A stretch of 64,000 nt of DNA from Haliotis rufescens (taxonomy: Eukaryota): contig NW_025963879.1 in assembly GCF_023055435.1 (NCBI RefSeq), positions 13,392,001 through 13,456,000 on the forward strand. Direction: 5' to 3'. A model generated the notes under the pieces. The model was not told the origin of the DNA, did not search any database, and saw nothing but the letters and a program-made list of their open reading frames with translations. Below, one piece after another: positions 25,547-37,799 of this stretch. The position numbers were made by a program, and so were the translations under genes. Each line of letters begins with the position of its first letter. Position 1 is the stretch's first letter.

Positions 25547-27481
25547 TTAACAAAGGTCATACTGTTCTGGGGGCTTTCTACAGATCTTAACGTCGATGTT
25601 CTCAGCATTGTTTCCAGGCGGGGGTACGTCTTTTGCGATGGAGGTCTTCTTTTTAGGTTTACTTTTGTCGGTTAATGAATACACGATTCTGTCCCAAAAA
25701 AGTTTGTCAGAGATGTGAATGTACGTCCATGTCTGCATGCAACGCCGAAAGTCCGCGTCAAGTTCACTCACAGGGATGTCCTCAAGGAGGACCAGAATCA
25801 GATGTTTCTTCTTCTCAATGAGACTCTGGTGGAAGGCGGTGCGGAACTCCATCAAACACCACTCGCTCTCCAGAAACTTCCTAGACAACACCAGGATAGT
25901 GTGTCTGCTTGCCTCAACGCTCTGACAAATGTTGTCAGCTATAGCGGCGCCAACTGCAAAGTCTCGCTGATGAAGACATAACCGGAAGTTATTTCCGTCA
26001 GGGAAACCACTCTCTAGTCGAGGGAGAAGGGTTTTCACAACCCATGTGGTGTCATGGTGACTGTAGGCCACAAAAGCATCGTATGTCTTATTGCTTGAGT
26101 GTTCAAATGACTGACATGGTAGAATAACGTTGCAGCGTGTAAAAGTCAAAATTCTTATTTCCTTTCTATATCGAACACAAAGTATCACGAAAATTAAGAA
26201 AATGACCACAGTTACACATATGGCTGATATTTGAGATATGTAGGCTGTCATATCGGTGGAACATAATATCTTCCGTGTGAACTCGCAGATCCTTTTACCT
26301 CGAAACTTCTCTGGAGTGACACATTCTAAGTCCCAGAGATATGCATAATCCCTGTTTATACCAGCTTCAGTTGTACTGCTATACTTTTGAAGATACATGC
26401 TGAAGTTCCCCATAGCACAGTCACACTGAAAGGGATTGTCTCTCACATTAATCACAACTCCGTCAACTTTTGAAAAAGATTCAATTTCCTTTTCTCCAAT
26501 TGTACGTATATCATTAAACCTGAGATCTATCATTCCAACATCTTGAGAGAGAAGGCTCGTGTCTCTTAATTCAAAACGGGAGATGTTATTATGAGAAAGG
26601 TCCAAAATTTGCAGCTTGTCGAAGTGGCGCCGCCAGACTGCCAGAATTGGGGGAAATACCTGCAACTCAGTATCTGAGAAATTTAGTATTCGAAGTTGGG
26701 GGAATCGTGAGTTGACTACACTTGAATAGATAAGGAGAGACGAAGCCCGAATCCGTTGACTTTTATCAAAGACTCTCATATTTTCATATTTGCATACATA
26801 ACCAAGATCATCCATATTGCGCGTGTTCTTCGTGATCGTGTCAGTAATGTTGAGGTCCTCAAGTTGTGGGTAATCTTCGCTGTCTTCGTCAAATAGGATT
26901 TTAAGCTGCTTGTGTCTGTAGATGAAGACTTCCAGATGCATTGGGCCACACACCATAGGAGGCGGTAAACTCTTTATGTCAATGGACAACATATCCAGTA
27001 GTTTCCTCTCCTCTGTCACATCATAACCTTCAAATATCTTCAGTGAGTCTTGGATATCCAACACTTCCGGTCGATTGAAGTCCGAGTAGTAGCAAGTATT
27101 GGTGCACCTGGTAACCCTCAACGTGTGCAGATACCCCGCTCTGTACGGCCAGGGAAGACAGATTCTTGTTCCATCCTCACAGACTATGTCCAGCGACACT
27201 AGGGTGTCCTTATCCAACACAACTGACCAGTTCCGGAAGTGATTGAAGTCCCACACATCCTCAACGTTCACATGACAATATATAGAGATAAATGATATGT
27301 TGGTTTTGTCGCTTGATGTCTTGCACATTGCCTTCCATTCATCTGGCATGATCATATTTCTCTTGAACGTTGGAGAGGGGGGACGTTTAAGAGGCATAAG
27401 GTCTTTACCATATGCAGTGTCAACTAATGACACACCAAGCATAACCATTGTCCAAAACCTGAAGTATATTCCTGATGACAT
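25547..27481 (-). CDS. TLR-cluster gene B: Toll-like receptor with short ectodomain (644 aa)
   Basis: Signal peptide from MSSGIYF, LRRs, LRRCT NPFQCDC, TM, TIR (YDAFVAYS, LHQRDFAVG, SEWCLMEF, FWDRI). Likely acceptor ttttag at 27671. Confidence 0.95.
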   Translation of the reverse strand: MSSGIYFRFWTMVMLGVSLVDTAYGKDLMPLKRPPSPTFKRNMIMPDEWKAMCKTSSDKTNISFISIYCHVNVEDVWDFNHFRNWSVVLDKDTLVSLDIVCEDGTRICLPWPYRAGYLHTLRVTRCTNTCYYSDFNRPEVLDIQDSLKIFEGYDVTEERKLLDMLSIDIKSLPPPMVCGPMHLEVFIYRHKQLKILFDEDSEDYPQLEDLNITDTITKNTRNMDDLGYVCKYENMRVFDKSQRIRASSLLIYSSVVNSRFPQLRILNFSDTELQVFPPILAVWRRHFDKLQILDLSHNNISRFELRDTSLLSQDVGMIDLRFNDIRTIGEKEIESFSKVDGVVINVRDNPFQCDCAMGNFSMYLQKYSSTTEAGINRDYAYLWDLECVTPEKFRGKRICEFTRKILCSTDMTAYISQISAICVTVVIFLIFVILCVRYRKEIRILTFTRCNVILPCQSFEHSSNKTYDAFVAYSHHDTTWVVKTLLPRLESGFPDGNNFRLCLHQRDFAVGAAIADNICQSVEASRHTILVLSRKFLESEWCLMEFRTAFHQSLIEKKKHLILVLLEDIPVSELDADFRRCMQTWTYIHISDKLFWDRIVYSLTDKSKPKKKTSIAKDVPPPGNNAENIDVKICRKPPEQYDLC

Positions 27482-28619
27482 GGTTAACTCTTTATTAGTT
27501 TCACTGCCGCCTTTTAACACAGTCTCTGTATCTCTGCAATTCTTCCTTGGTTATCGGAATCGTCATTTAATGCGAAGAAGAGGGAACGTTGATATCAGTA
27601 GCCGGTGTCACCGAGACAACGCTGCAAGGCGCTTCTAGAGGACCCATATATTGTAACGTCTCCTTTTACTCTAAAATGTATAGAAAAGCGAAAAAGTATA
27701 AATAGGTTTTACAATTGAAATGCCTCTGATCTAAAATTATATACGTCATAAAAACGAGATGATAATTTTTTAGCCTTCAGGTTTTCATTTCTGAAATAGG
27801 GGTCAACCATTTGTTATTCGGGGGTGTGGTTGGGGGTGGGGAATGAAAAATAATAATGCTTCATGCAAATATACTGTGTGGAACTGAGATATTGTCTCTG
27901 TTTTTTTCTGTTATATGTTAATACGTATTATAATATTTCAGTTTACAAACAAAAACAATGCAGATTTTGAATGATTTAGATAAAACTTGCTCGAGCTGCC
28001 GAGTGGTCGGCGGCTAGTCCAGGCAAAACTTCAATATATAAATGTAATACCTCCAAACTAGTTCTATGGTCAGTAGAGATTAACTATAAGCAATGATAAA
28101 TATCGATTAAAGTGAAAACCTTTACATATCAACAGCATACTGACCTGTTTCATGGACTGTATATGCTCTAACCTTATAAAGCCTGCAAAGCGTGAGAGTA
28201 CCGTGTGTTGATCCAACAAGTTTCAGCGTAAACATTTATACGAGTTCGTTGGGTCAGTGTGACGTGAAGAAGCTGGCTAAACAGGATGAACACCTTTGCA
28301 TTATCATGCAAAACATTTTCCCTCTGTCACAACAGTAAATCATGTGCTTCAAACAGTTGCGTGTGTGGGCTACTGTTGTCCCATCTCTGCCTCGTCAATG
28401 TTTTTTCTTTGCATACATCTTCTCAAGAAATTAGATCCATCTAGCTAGAACGAACTGTATATGTTTGACCATAATGGGATGCAAAAATAAGGCGTTTGCT
28501 CAACGTACTTGCATCAGCGTTATATATTCTGCTTTATGAGTCCAAGGCGCTGCTATTTGTCAATGTCAGTGTCTCATTCCGAAATAGAACATGAACACAA
28601 AAACCTCATAGTACAGCCA

Positions 28620-31600
28620 TAATCATGAATCACAACTTAACAATGAAGTGAAGCATAAGTATCAAGTATAGCATGACATTGCAGTATATCATTGCCATAA
28701 ATAATAACTTAACAGCCAGGTATAACATTACCCTGAAGTATACCATAACCATCAGGTATAACATAGCCATGACGTATAACAGAACCATGAGGTACAATAT
28801 AGTCATGAAGTATAGCATACACATAAACATGATTACGGATGATAGCCTGGCATGTCGTGTACCATAACCATGTAGTATATCATAACCATGTAGTATATCG
28901 TAACCATGTAGTGTACCATAACCATATAGTATATCATAACTATACTGACGCCCAAAAGAATCTTTACCCGAGTTTGAAATCACTCTTGCTCAAAAACAAC
29001 AAAACATACATGCATGAAGTAAAGTGTATTGAGAAGATCAATATATCCACATAATCAACACTGAAAATGACAATCATACCGCGACCGAGAATGACGTCGG
29101 AGCCCCCCAAAGTTGTGTGTGGTACAAAACTCGAGCTTTCAGAATCATGGACAATAGGCAGAGTACATAAACAATCGCTCACGTTCAATAACAAGTCATT
29201 AGTAGCGTGTGTGACCACCAAATGCCTCAATACACGCAAAAACTCTTCGACGCACAGAAAAAGTCAGTCGTCTGATGAGGTCACGTGGGATTTGACGCCA
29301 TTCTTCTTGGAGGGCCAAGATCAGTTCTTGCCGGTTGGCTGGAGAGTGTGGTCGTTGTCGAACACGACGATCCATCAAGTCCCAGAGGTGATCTATGGGG
29401 GACATGTCGGGTGAGCGTGCAGGCCACGGCAGGACGTTGACGTTGTTGGCTGCGAGGAAGTAAGTGACAATTCTGGCTGTATGGGCTCTAGCGTAGTCTT
29501 GCTGATAAATGACACCACGTTGCTGCTTTTGGAGAAATGGCAGGACAACTGGACGAAGAATGTTATCCATGTAACGCTGAGCTGTCAAGTTTCCGTGAAC
29601 AATGACCAGCGGTGTCCTCTCCTGCCCACAGATCCCACCCCACACCATGACACTCCCTCCACCATATGGTACGACCTCCTGCGCGCAATACGCCACCGTT
29701 CGTTCACCCCTTCGGCGGTAAACACGTTGTCTTCCATCAGCCCTAAACATACAGAATCGACTTTCGTCAGTGAAGACAACCCTCTGCCAGTCACGTCGTT
29801 GCCAGCGTCGTACAGTCCGGGCCCATCTCAATCGCAGACGACGATGTTGCGCTGTCAGTAGCTGTCCTCTGTATGGCCTAAAAGCCCTGATTCAATGAGC
29901 CCTGAGTCTCCTGGCCACTGTTTGTCGACTAACCCTGTGACCTAAGCCTGTGTCGCCGATGACGTCACTGTCAGGAATCGATTTCGGAGGTGCAAGGTAC
30001 GCAAGTACCGGTCATCATTGGGCGTGGTCACCCAGGGTCTGCCTTTTCTTGGCCTGTCAGCGGTCCGCCGTGTCTGTCTGTAACGTTGCATCAAGTTGGT
30101 AACGGCAACACGGGAGCAACCGAAGGTTCGTGCAATATGGGCGTGGGTGGCTCCCATCTGTACCATACCCGTTCACGTTGTTCGACTGTGAGTCGTGGCA
30201 TTTCTTTTGTGTTTTTTATCACTCTGGATGTCTGACTTGCCGTTGCAATCGTTTTATACCCTTACCCGCACGTGCATTTGCAGTTGTCCGTGGTGAACGT
30301 GTTTTTCACTTTTTCGCGTGTTATCTCGCAAACATGTAACAGACGATTAACATTTTCTGCATACACTATTGTTGTATTTAGGTTATGTGTTTGAGATAGA
30401 CTTCATCGAAAAAAAATTTGTACTTTGTCTGAAATTTATATTTTCAGTTGGTAAAGTTTCTTTTGGACGTCAGTTGATGTATTGTACCATAACCATGTAG
30501 TATATCGTAACCATGTCGTATACCATAACCATGTAGTATATTGTAACCATGCAGTATATCATAACCATGTAGTATATCACAACTATGTAGTATATCGTAA
30601 CCATGTAGTATACAATAACCATGTAGTATATCATAACTATGTATTGTACCATAACTATGTAGTATATCATAACTATGTATTGTACCATAACCATGTAGTA
30701 TATCATAACCATGTAGTATATCATAACCATGTAGTATATCGTAACCATGTCGTATACAATAACCATGTAGTATATCATAACCATGTAGTGTACCATAACC
30801 ATGTAGTATATCATAACTATGTATTGTACCATAACCATGTAGTATAGCATAACCATGAAGTATATCATAACCATGTAGTATATCATAACTATGTAGTATA
30901 TCGTAACCATGTATTGTACCATAACCATGTAGTATATCGTAACTATGTATTGTACCATAACCATGTAGTATATAATAACTATGTATTGTACCATAACCAT
31001 GTAGAATAGCATAACCATGTAGTGTACCATAACCATGTAGTATATCGTAACCATGTAGTGTACCATAACCATGTAGTGTATTGTAACCATGAAGTATATC
31101 ACAGACATGTAGAATATTATAACCATAATGTAAATAATAGCCATGTAGTATACCATAATCAGGTTGAATATCATAACAATGTAGTACATCATAACCATAA
31201 AGTATATCATAGCCATGTAGTATATCATAAGTACGTAGTATATATCATGTACCATATCATAACCACAACCATAGCACAGCCATGTCGTATATCACAATCA
31301 TGTAGTGTATCCTACCTACCTAGTACATGTATATCGTAAACATGTAGTATATCATTGCAATGTAAATCATTTTAACGTTGTAGTATATCATACCCATATA
31401 GTGTAACATAACCTTGAAGCATATCATGTGCATGTGGTATAGCATAACTACATAGTATATCATAACCTTAAATTATATCATAGCCATGTGGTATATCATA
31501 ACTATCTAGCGTATTATAACCATGTTGTATATAGTAACTAAATAGTTTATGATAACCGTGTCGTGTAGCATAACAATGTAGTATATCATAACCATTTAGA

Positions 31601-31860
31601 ATATCATATCATATGATGTTTATCGTTACCATGTAGTATATCATAACCATGGTTTCGTTCGTCAAATACCAGAACTATTCACTCGTTTCATAAAATCGGT
31701 ATTACACGGGAGCTCGTTTAGTATTCTGTATGTATAATTTATCATAACCATGCAGTATATCTATAACTATGCAGTACATCATATCCATGTAGTATAACAT
31801 AAACATGAAGTATATCATAACCATGTAATTTATCATAACCATGAAGTATATCATAAACAC
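28620..31860. repeat. 18-bp minisatellite array 1 (gtagtataYcataaccat), interrupted by Tc1
   Basis: Visible units with degenerate edges. Same family as 39740-42140. Confidence 0.93.
28943..30475 (-). mobile_element. Defective Tc1 (DD34E-type) transposon 1
   Basis: TIRs actgacg(c/t)ccaaaagaa(t/a)ctttacc. Frameshifted transposase 30201-29199 with FTDESRF, QQDYARAH and SPDMSPID (catalytic E changed to D), ending GGHTRY. Confidence 0.95.
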
Positions 31861-33293
31861 AGGATTAAGTGAGGTGAAATGGGTTTTGACGTCGTGTCCA
31901 AGATTATTTCACTTGTATAGCCACGTGCATGTATGTACATGTGAGTGTAGCTGCTTGTACTAGACCGGCCGTATGATGGTTTTCAGTGCCTGCCCAGTGA
32001 GATAAGATGCCAGATGTTATCGTCGATATCACACAGAAGGTTGTATAATCAGAACCCGGGAGATCCGTTATCATACTGAAATGGCTTATTACTTTTTATT
32101 GAGATTGCTAGAGAAAGGCCAAGGAATGATAAGGCTCTATATATTGGCTCACGAGGTCTGCAAAATTATTGAAATGTGCACAAATTTGAATTCGTTATAA
32201 ACGTTATCTAGGAAATTAGAATTTCACAACACTTGCATTTCTTGGACCTTAAACAGCACCAAATGTTAAAGGCAAGGTTAACGAATATTGAAAAGGCTTT
32301 GACCCAAGCTAATGGTCTTAGGAAATGTAATTCAAGACAGTACACACATATGGTACAAAATATATTTTGTGACACGGACTTGGGTCATACAAAGATTTCT
32401 CTTGAAAGTAGAACAATGTGCCCTTTTTCTGTGATAATCTATGTAATCACTGTAGATAGCATCATCCCGGAAGTCGCCATGGCCTTGCTTTCTACAGTGA
32501 ATACATAGTTGTTTAATACTATGAAGGATGAACCTCCTTGCATGTGGCCATGTTTTGTCATAAATTTCACAGTCAAAGATTGCCAGACTGTGTGGACTGT
32601 TCACGCGCAGGTAACCTTATGCAGAAAGCGGAAGTCCCGAAAAGCACTAGTTGATGTTTCTTAACTTTTTCAGGTCTTCTTAGTTTTCTCGGATTCGATA
32701 GTCGCGTATAATGATAATTCTCTAACATGTTGAATAGTTACGTATTTTCCATGTTACAGCTGGTTTTATCATCATTGTTTGCAAACATTGGTATGTTACA
32801 TTTTCCAGCGGCATAAATGCTGCCGATGTTATGGTAACAATGGACTATAAAACACTTTCCGTTTCTGACAATGCACCAGAGTGAAGTCAGTCGCTGACAG
32901 TGGTCAAGTTATGACATGTTCCCTCTTAAATCCTTGTTTTAAAGTTATACTTATCTAGTATGATTTGTATCTTGATAACGTCTCACCTTTCAACTTAATC
33001 ATCGTGCACCATCAACTGAAGTATATTTGCATTTGTCACACATGCCTTACGCAGAAGGGACAAAACTTACAGGCCAAACAATGGCGACAGTAAATTCAAA
33101 ATCTTTATTCCACGTAACTGTAAGTCATGGTCAGTGGGAATTCAATGGAAATCTAGAAAGTAGTTTCGTCTATTAGCCGAACCTTTATAACATAAAACTT
33201 AACTCATTATGTCTTTTAACATATTTTATTCAGTGAACCTAATAGTGCTCGTCAGGAACATAAATGTGTATAACTTTATCACAACATGTGCTG

Positions 33294-33400
33294 GGCCCTG
33301 TTCCACAAAGCGATCGTAGCGCTAAGATGATCCTAACTTCCATACTTTAACATAGGCTTACAACAGTCGTAGCGCTACGATCGCTTTGTGGAACGGGTCC
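33294..33400. mobile_element. 107-bp palindromic MITE, PIF/Harbinger-like
   Basis: About 30-bp TIR ggccctgttccacaaagcgatcgtagcgct, with 3-bp TSD ctg at 33291-93 and 33401-03. Confidence 0.8.
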
Positions 33401-33677
33401 CTGGAGATTACAAGAGCTCATTTCTCTTGAGAACACCCGGCTCATGAACTCAAAGATTCTGATATTGGCAGTAATGAAGGTACAAAACAAGAGTTAATGG
33501 TCTACTGTACGTCATTTCAGCATTGTTATTGTAGGATTGAGTTGAAAAAAATGTTTATTCATAAGGTAGACAAAGGTAACAAAAACTGAACTTCAAAATG
33601 GCCGTCATTTGTGATTTATTGTTAGGATATTTTTTTAAAACATGCTCAAAAACAAAAATGCTCTAATGATAAGACGG

Positions 33678-34435
33678 TCATGGTACAACAATGTTGAATC
33701 GTGTTAACGTCAGAATCCTTATTTCTTTCCTATATCTTACCATTCGTATTATGAAAACAGCCAAAATCATCATGATTAAACATATGGCTCATAGATATTA
33801 GAGATACGTAAGCTGCCATATCAGTGGAACATAGCAAATTCCGTGTGATCCTTTTACCTCGAAACTTCTCTGGGGTGAAACATTTTAAGTCCCAGAGATA
33901 TGCATACTTCCTGTTTATACCAGCTTCAGTTGTACTGCTATACTTTTGAAGATACATGCTGAAATTCCCCATACCACAGTCACACTGAAAGGGATTGTCG
34001 CCTACATTAATCAAGACTCCTTCAACTTTTGAAAAAGACGTCACTTCATTTTCTCTAATTGTACGTATATCATTAAACCTTAGATCTATCATGGCTCATG
34101 TCTCTTAATTCAAAACGGCATTCTTGCTCCACCCTCACAAACTAAATCCAGCGACACAAGGGTGTCATTATTCAACACAACTGACCAGTTCCGGGAGAGA
34201 TTTAAGTCCCATACACCCTCAACGTACACGAGAAAATGGTGATAAACGATTTGTTGGTTTTCTCGTTTGAGTTCTTGCACATTGCCTTCCATTCATCTGA
34301 CATGATCATACATGTATTTCTACCGATCGTAGGAGAGGGAAGGATTTCAAATAATTTAGGTCAAAGGTTTTCACCAGCTTCTATAGTAATTAAAGACACA
34401 GTTATGATACCATTTGTCCAAATAGGTGATGACAT
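33678..34435 (-). pseudogene. TLR-cluster gene D: B-like pseudogene with no TIR
   Basis: MSSPIW..., WDLNLSRNWSVVLNNDTLVSLD, MIDLRFNDIRTI...NPFQCDC...RYRKEIRILTLTRFNIVVP*. Has stops, frameshifts, a 20-bp deletion and a ~580-bp deletion (junction about 34119) relative to B. Confidence 0.92.
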
Positions 34436-34857
34436 GACGATTTTTTAACATATATTTTCATAAAATATATTTGATCACAGTCGTCTTTCCAACTGTAATT
34501 AGTGTGGGTCTGTCCGTACCGTCGATCCAATGTGAAGAAAGCTGGTGTTTACACAGACCACCCTCTGCGAGGACCCTTGAAGATCCGGGGTAGAATAGGT
34601 CTTCAGCAACCCAAGCAGTCTTTATCCATTCTTGACAACTGACATTGTATTGAAGAGCCAAGTTCAGTGTATGCCCGGCTGTGTTGATGGTATGCTTAGT
34701 TGGAAACCAAAAAAAATGTACTACTTTCAATACAAAAAAAGAAAACATTCTTCCTCTAAAAATATGCCCAAGAAGAATATATTTTTTTATGCAGCCTATA
34801 ATCGTCCTTATGTAAGTGAGTGAGTTGGGTTTAACGCCGCTTTCAACTGTTATATCA

Positions 34858-35130
34858 ACCCGTGAAGATCCCGGGTAGAATAGGTCTTCAGCAACCCACG
34901 CTAGCCGTAAAAGGCGACAATGCTTGTCGTAAGAGGCTACTAACGGGATCGGGTTGTCAGGCTCGCTGACTTGGTTGATGCATGTCATCGATCCCAATTA
35001 CGTGGATCGATGTACATGATATAATTCGCTGAATTGTCTGGTCCAGACTCGATTAATTACAGACTGACGTCATATAGCTGGAATATTGCTGAGTGTGGCG
35101 TTAAACAACAAACAAACAAACAAACAAAAA
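34858..35130 (+). mobile_element. SINE-like family 3, full length
   Basis: acccgtgaagatcc...gcgttaaac(aaac)n. An isolated 5' head also lies at 34572-34616. Confidence 0.85.
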
Positions 35131-35486
35131 CTCTCTGTGAGATGACAAACTAAATAGAAGTCATTTAAATGTAAGATGAGGCTAAAAGGGTAAGATCCTC
35201 TTAGTCCATGACAAATAAAAGACTTGGGGCTGAATGATGATGTAAAGGTACATCAGGAAATGATTATCATTGTACTCACAAATGGACGAGATAATGGTAT
35301 ATACAAGAACGGAAGTCATGTTGAAAGAACTAAATCCTCTTACTCGAGAACAATTAGCAGACAGATTTCTAAGAAAATAAAGGTGTATGGGGAACGGATT
35401 GTCTGTTATTGGTTGTCTGTAAACCAATACAAGGCATCAATGTGTGTATTAACACTCTTATGTGATGATGGTATTACTAAGAATGT

Positions 35487-35770
35487 GACCCGTAAAGATC
35501 CGGGGTAGAATTTTTGTCTTCAGCAACCCATTCTTGCCGTAAAAAGCGACGATGCTTGTTGTAAGAGGCGACTAACGGGATCGGCTGGTCAGACTTGGTT
35601 GATCCTAGTCATTGATGACATTGTATCCCAGCTGCATGGATCGATGTTCATGATGTCAATCACTGGATTGTCTGGTCCAGACTCGAATATTTACAAACTG
35701 CCATTATATAGCTGGAATATTGCTGTGGCGTCAGTGTGGCGTCAAACGACAAATAAACAAGCAAACAAAC
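35487..35770 (+). mobile_element. SINE-like family 3, full length
   Basis: Same family; TSD aagaatgtga on both sides. Confidence 0.85.
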
Positions 35771-36237
35771 GAAGAATGTGAAAATATATTGAGAAAGGTT
35801 AATTTCTTACTCTAAAAAATAGAAGGCCAAAGGGAATGAAAGTAATATGGGGAGAAGTTAAATCTATTCGTAAAGTAAATAAACTTCCGGGCAAAGGAAA
35901 GTTTACACTTAAAAATTTGATTTGACCAAACAATTCTAAACGTTACCAAAACGTTACTAGACTGAAACAGTCGCCGAAATACTGCAACCTTGAGGTCCGA
36001 AACATAACTATGACACCTGTATCAAATATCATCACCATCGAATAACCAATACTTGTTTGTTTCATTTTTAATTAACCTCAAATATGGATGTATACTTTCT
36101 TTTGCCCGGCAGTTTAGAAGAGATTAGAAGAATGTCTAGGATGCGAATGTATGTTGGGAAAGCTATCTTTTCCACTTCTCTAGACACAGGTAGTTTAGGA
36201 CGTTAATGTGTATGGGGAAATGTTTTCATTTTAAATA

Positions 36238-37740
36238 TACTGAACAACAAAAGTTGCTGTGACATTGATTAAGATTTAATGCAAAGTTATCTTTTTTACC
36301 AAATCTGAAACAATTCGGTTTGCAACAGATGAAAGACTATTGTAAGTGTTGAAATGGTTTAATTTGCCATACTGACTTCAGAAAATCCATGATTTCATAA
36401 AAAACATGAACATGCCAAAATGTCAATTTACAAATCAATAGCGTGTGTGTCCACCTCTGGTTGCGATGCAAGCAACACATCTTCGTCTCATGGAATGGAC
36501 CAGGCGTCGCACAAAGCCCTGTCGGATATCTGTCCATATGTGCTGGAGCATGTTTCGAAGTTTCTGGAGTGTCTGTGGAACACGTGGTTGACGTCGAAGG
36601 CGCCGATCCATCTCATCCCACATGTGCTCGATTGGTGAGAGATCAGGGGAACGAGCCGGCCAGGGGATGACATTCACGTTGTTTTGTTGAAGTGAATCCT
36701 GAACAAGTCGAGCAATATGAGGCCGGGCGTTGTCACGTTGAAAGGTAATGCCATGACGACGCAAAATCGGTAGAACAACAGGGACGATGATCTCGTCGCG
36801 GTAGCGCTGTCCATTGAGATTTCCCTCTACCACTATCAAACGAGTCCTCTGTCTTGCTGTAATCCCACCCCATACCAAAACGCTACCGCCCCCGAACCGA
36901 TCTTCTTCCACGACACAATGATTGACGTAACATTCACCTCGACGTCGGTACACTCGAATCCGTCAATCGCTGTGGCTGAGGTGAAAATGAGTGAGTGAAT
37001 AGAACTTGTCCCCAGTGCATGGCCGTCCAGCGTAGACGCTGTCTGCACCACTGTAGACGTGCTTGACGGTGGTTTCCTGTCAAAGTTGGACGTCTAGTGG
37101 GGCTTCTGGCGACAATCCCTCTACATCTGAGGCGACGACGTACGGTTTGTGAAGATATTCGTCGAAGGCCAGGGATTCTTCCTGCAGTCACTGTTGCTTG
37201 CAGGAATCTATTTCGTAGGTGTGTTGTTCGAATCCAGTTGTCTTGTCGATTATTGGTTACGCGTGGCCTGCCACTCCGAGGATGGTCTCTGACTGCATTC
37301 GTCTGTTGCCAACGTTGCCATAAACACCGAATGGTGTTTCTGTGGACGTTAAATTGTCTTGCAACATCACGTTGACTCGATCCTGCTTCAAGCATACCAA
37401 TGGCTCGCAGACGCTCATTTTCGGACAGGCGTGGCATTTCGTAATGATGAATAATTGCGTAATTTTGTTGTTTTTCTGAGTGGTTGTTGTCAGCACGATG
37501 CTAAACAATGCATATGGAATCCCGTTAACGCACATGTTTTCATACCCATTCTTGGGTAGTGAAATGTATTGGGCTTGCACACGTAAAAGTCAACTTTTGC
37601 ATGGAATGCATGCTTTTCTGTAGCAGTTGCGTTTTTGTGACTTGATTCCATACATGTACTACAATATTGAAAACCAAACTTTACTTGTTTGAAAAATACA
37701 CTTAAATATTGGTGTCAAAAAAAGATTTTGTTGTTGAGTA
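36238..37740 (-). mobile_element. Defective Tc1 transposon 2 (different subfamily)
   Basis: TA TSDs and TIR tact(g/c)aacaacaaaa. Transposase 37437-36435 (MPRLSENER...FQRDNARPH..SPDLSPIEH..GGHTRY) is frameshifted near the first catalytic D. Confidence 0.95.
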
Positions 37741-37799
37741 TACTTCAGCTCTATTCTTCGATAATAAGACTTATATCCCTTCCAGGGAGGAGTGTGTTC

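Noticed and set aside
25940-25975. TIR BB-loop has Val (RDFAVG) instead of the Pro typical of vertebrate TLRs
   Set aside because: Val at this position is common in invertebrate Tolls (Drosophila Toll has RDWLVG), so it is not evidence of inactivity or novelty.
25715-25981. Antisense ORFs conserved between the B and C TIR regions
   Set aside because: Their conservation simply follows from the near-identical nucleotide tract.
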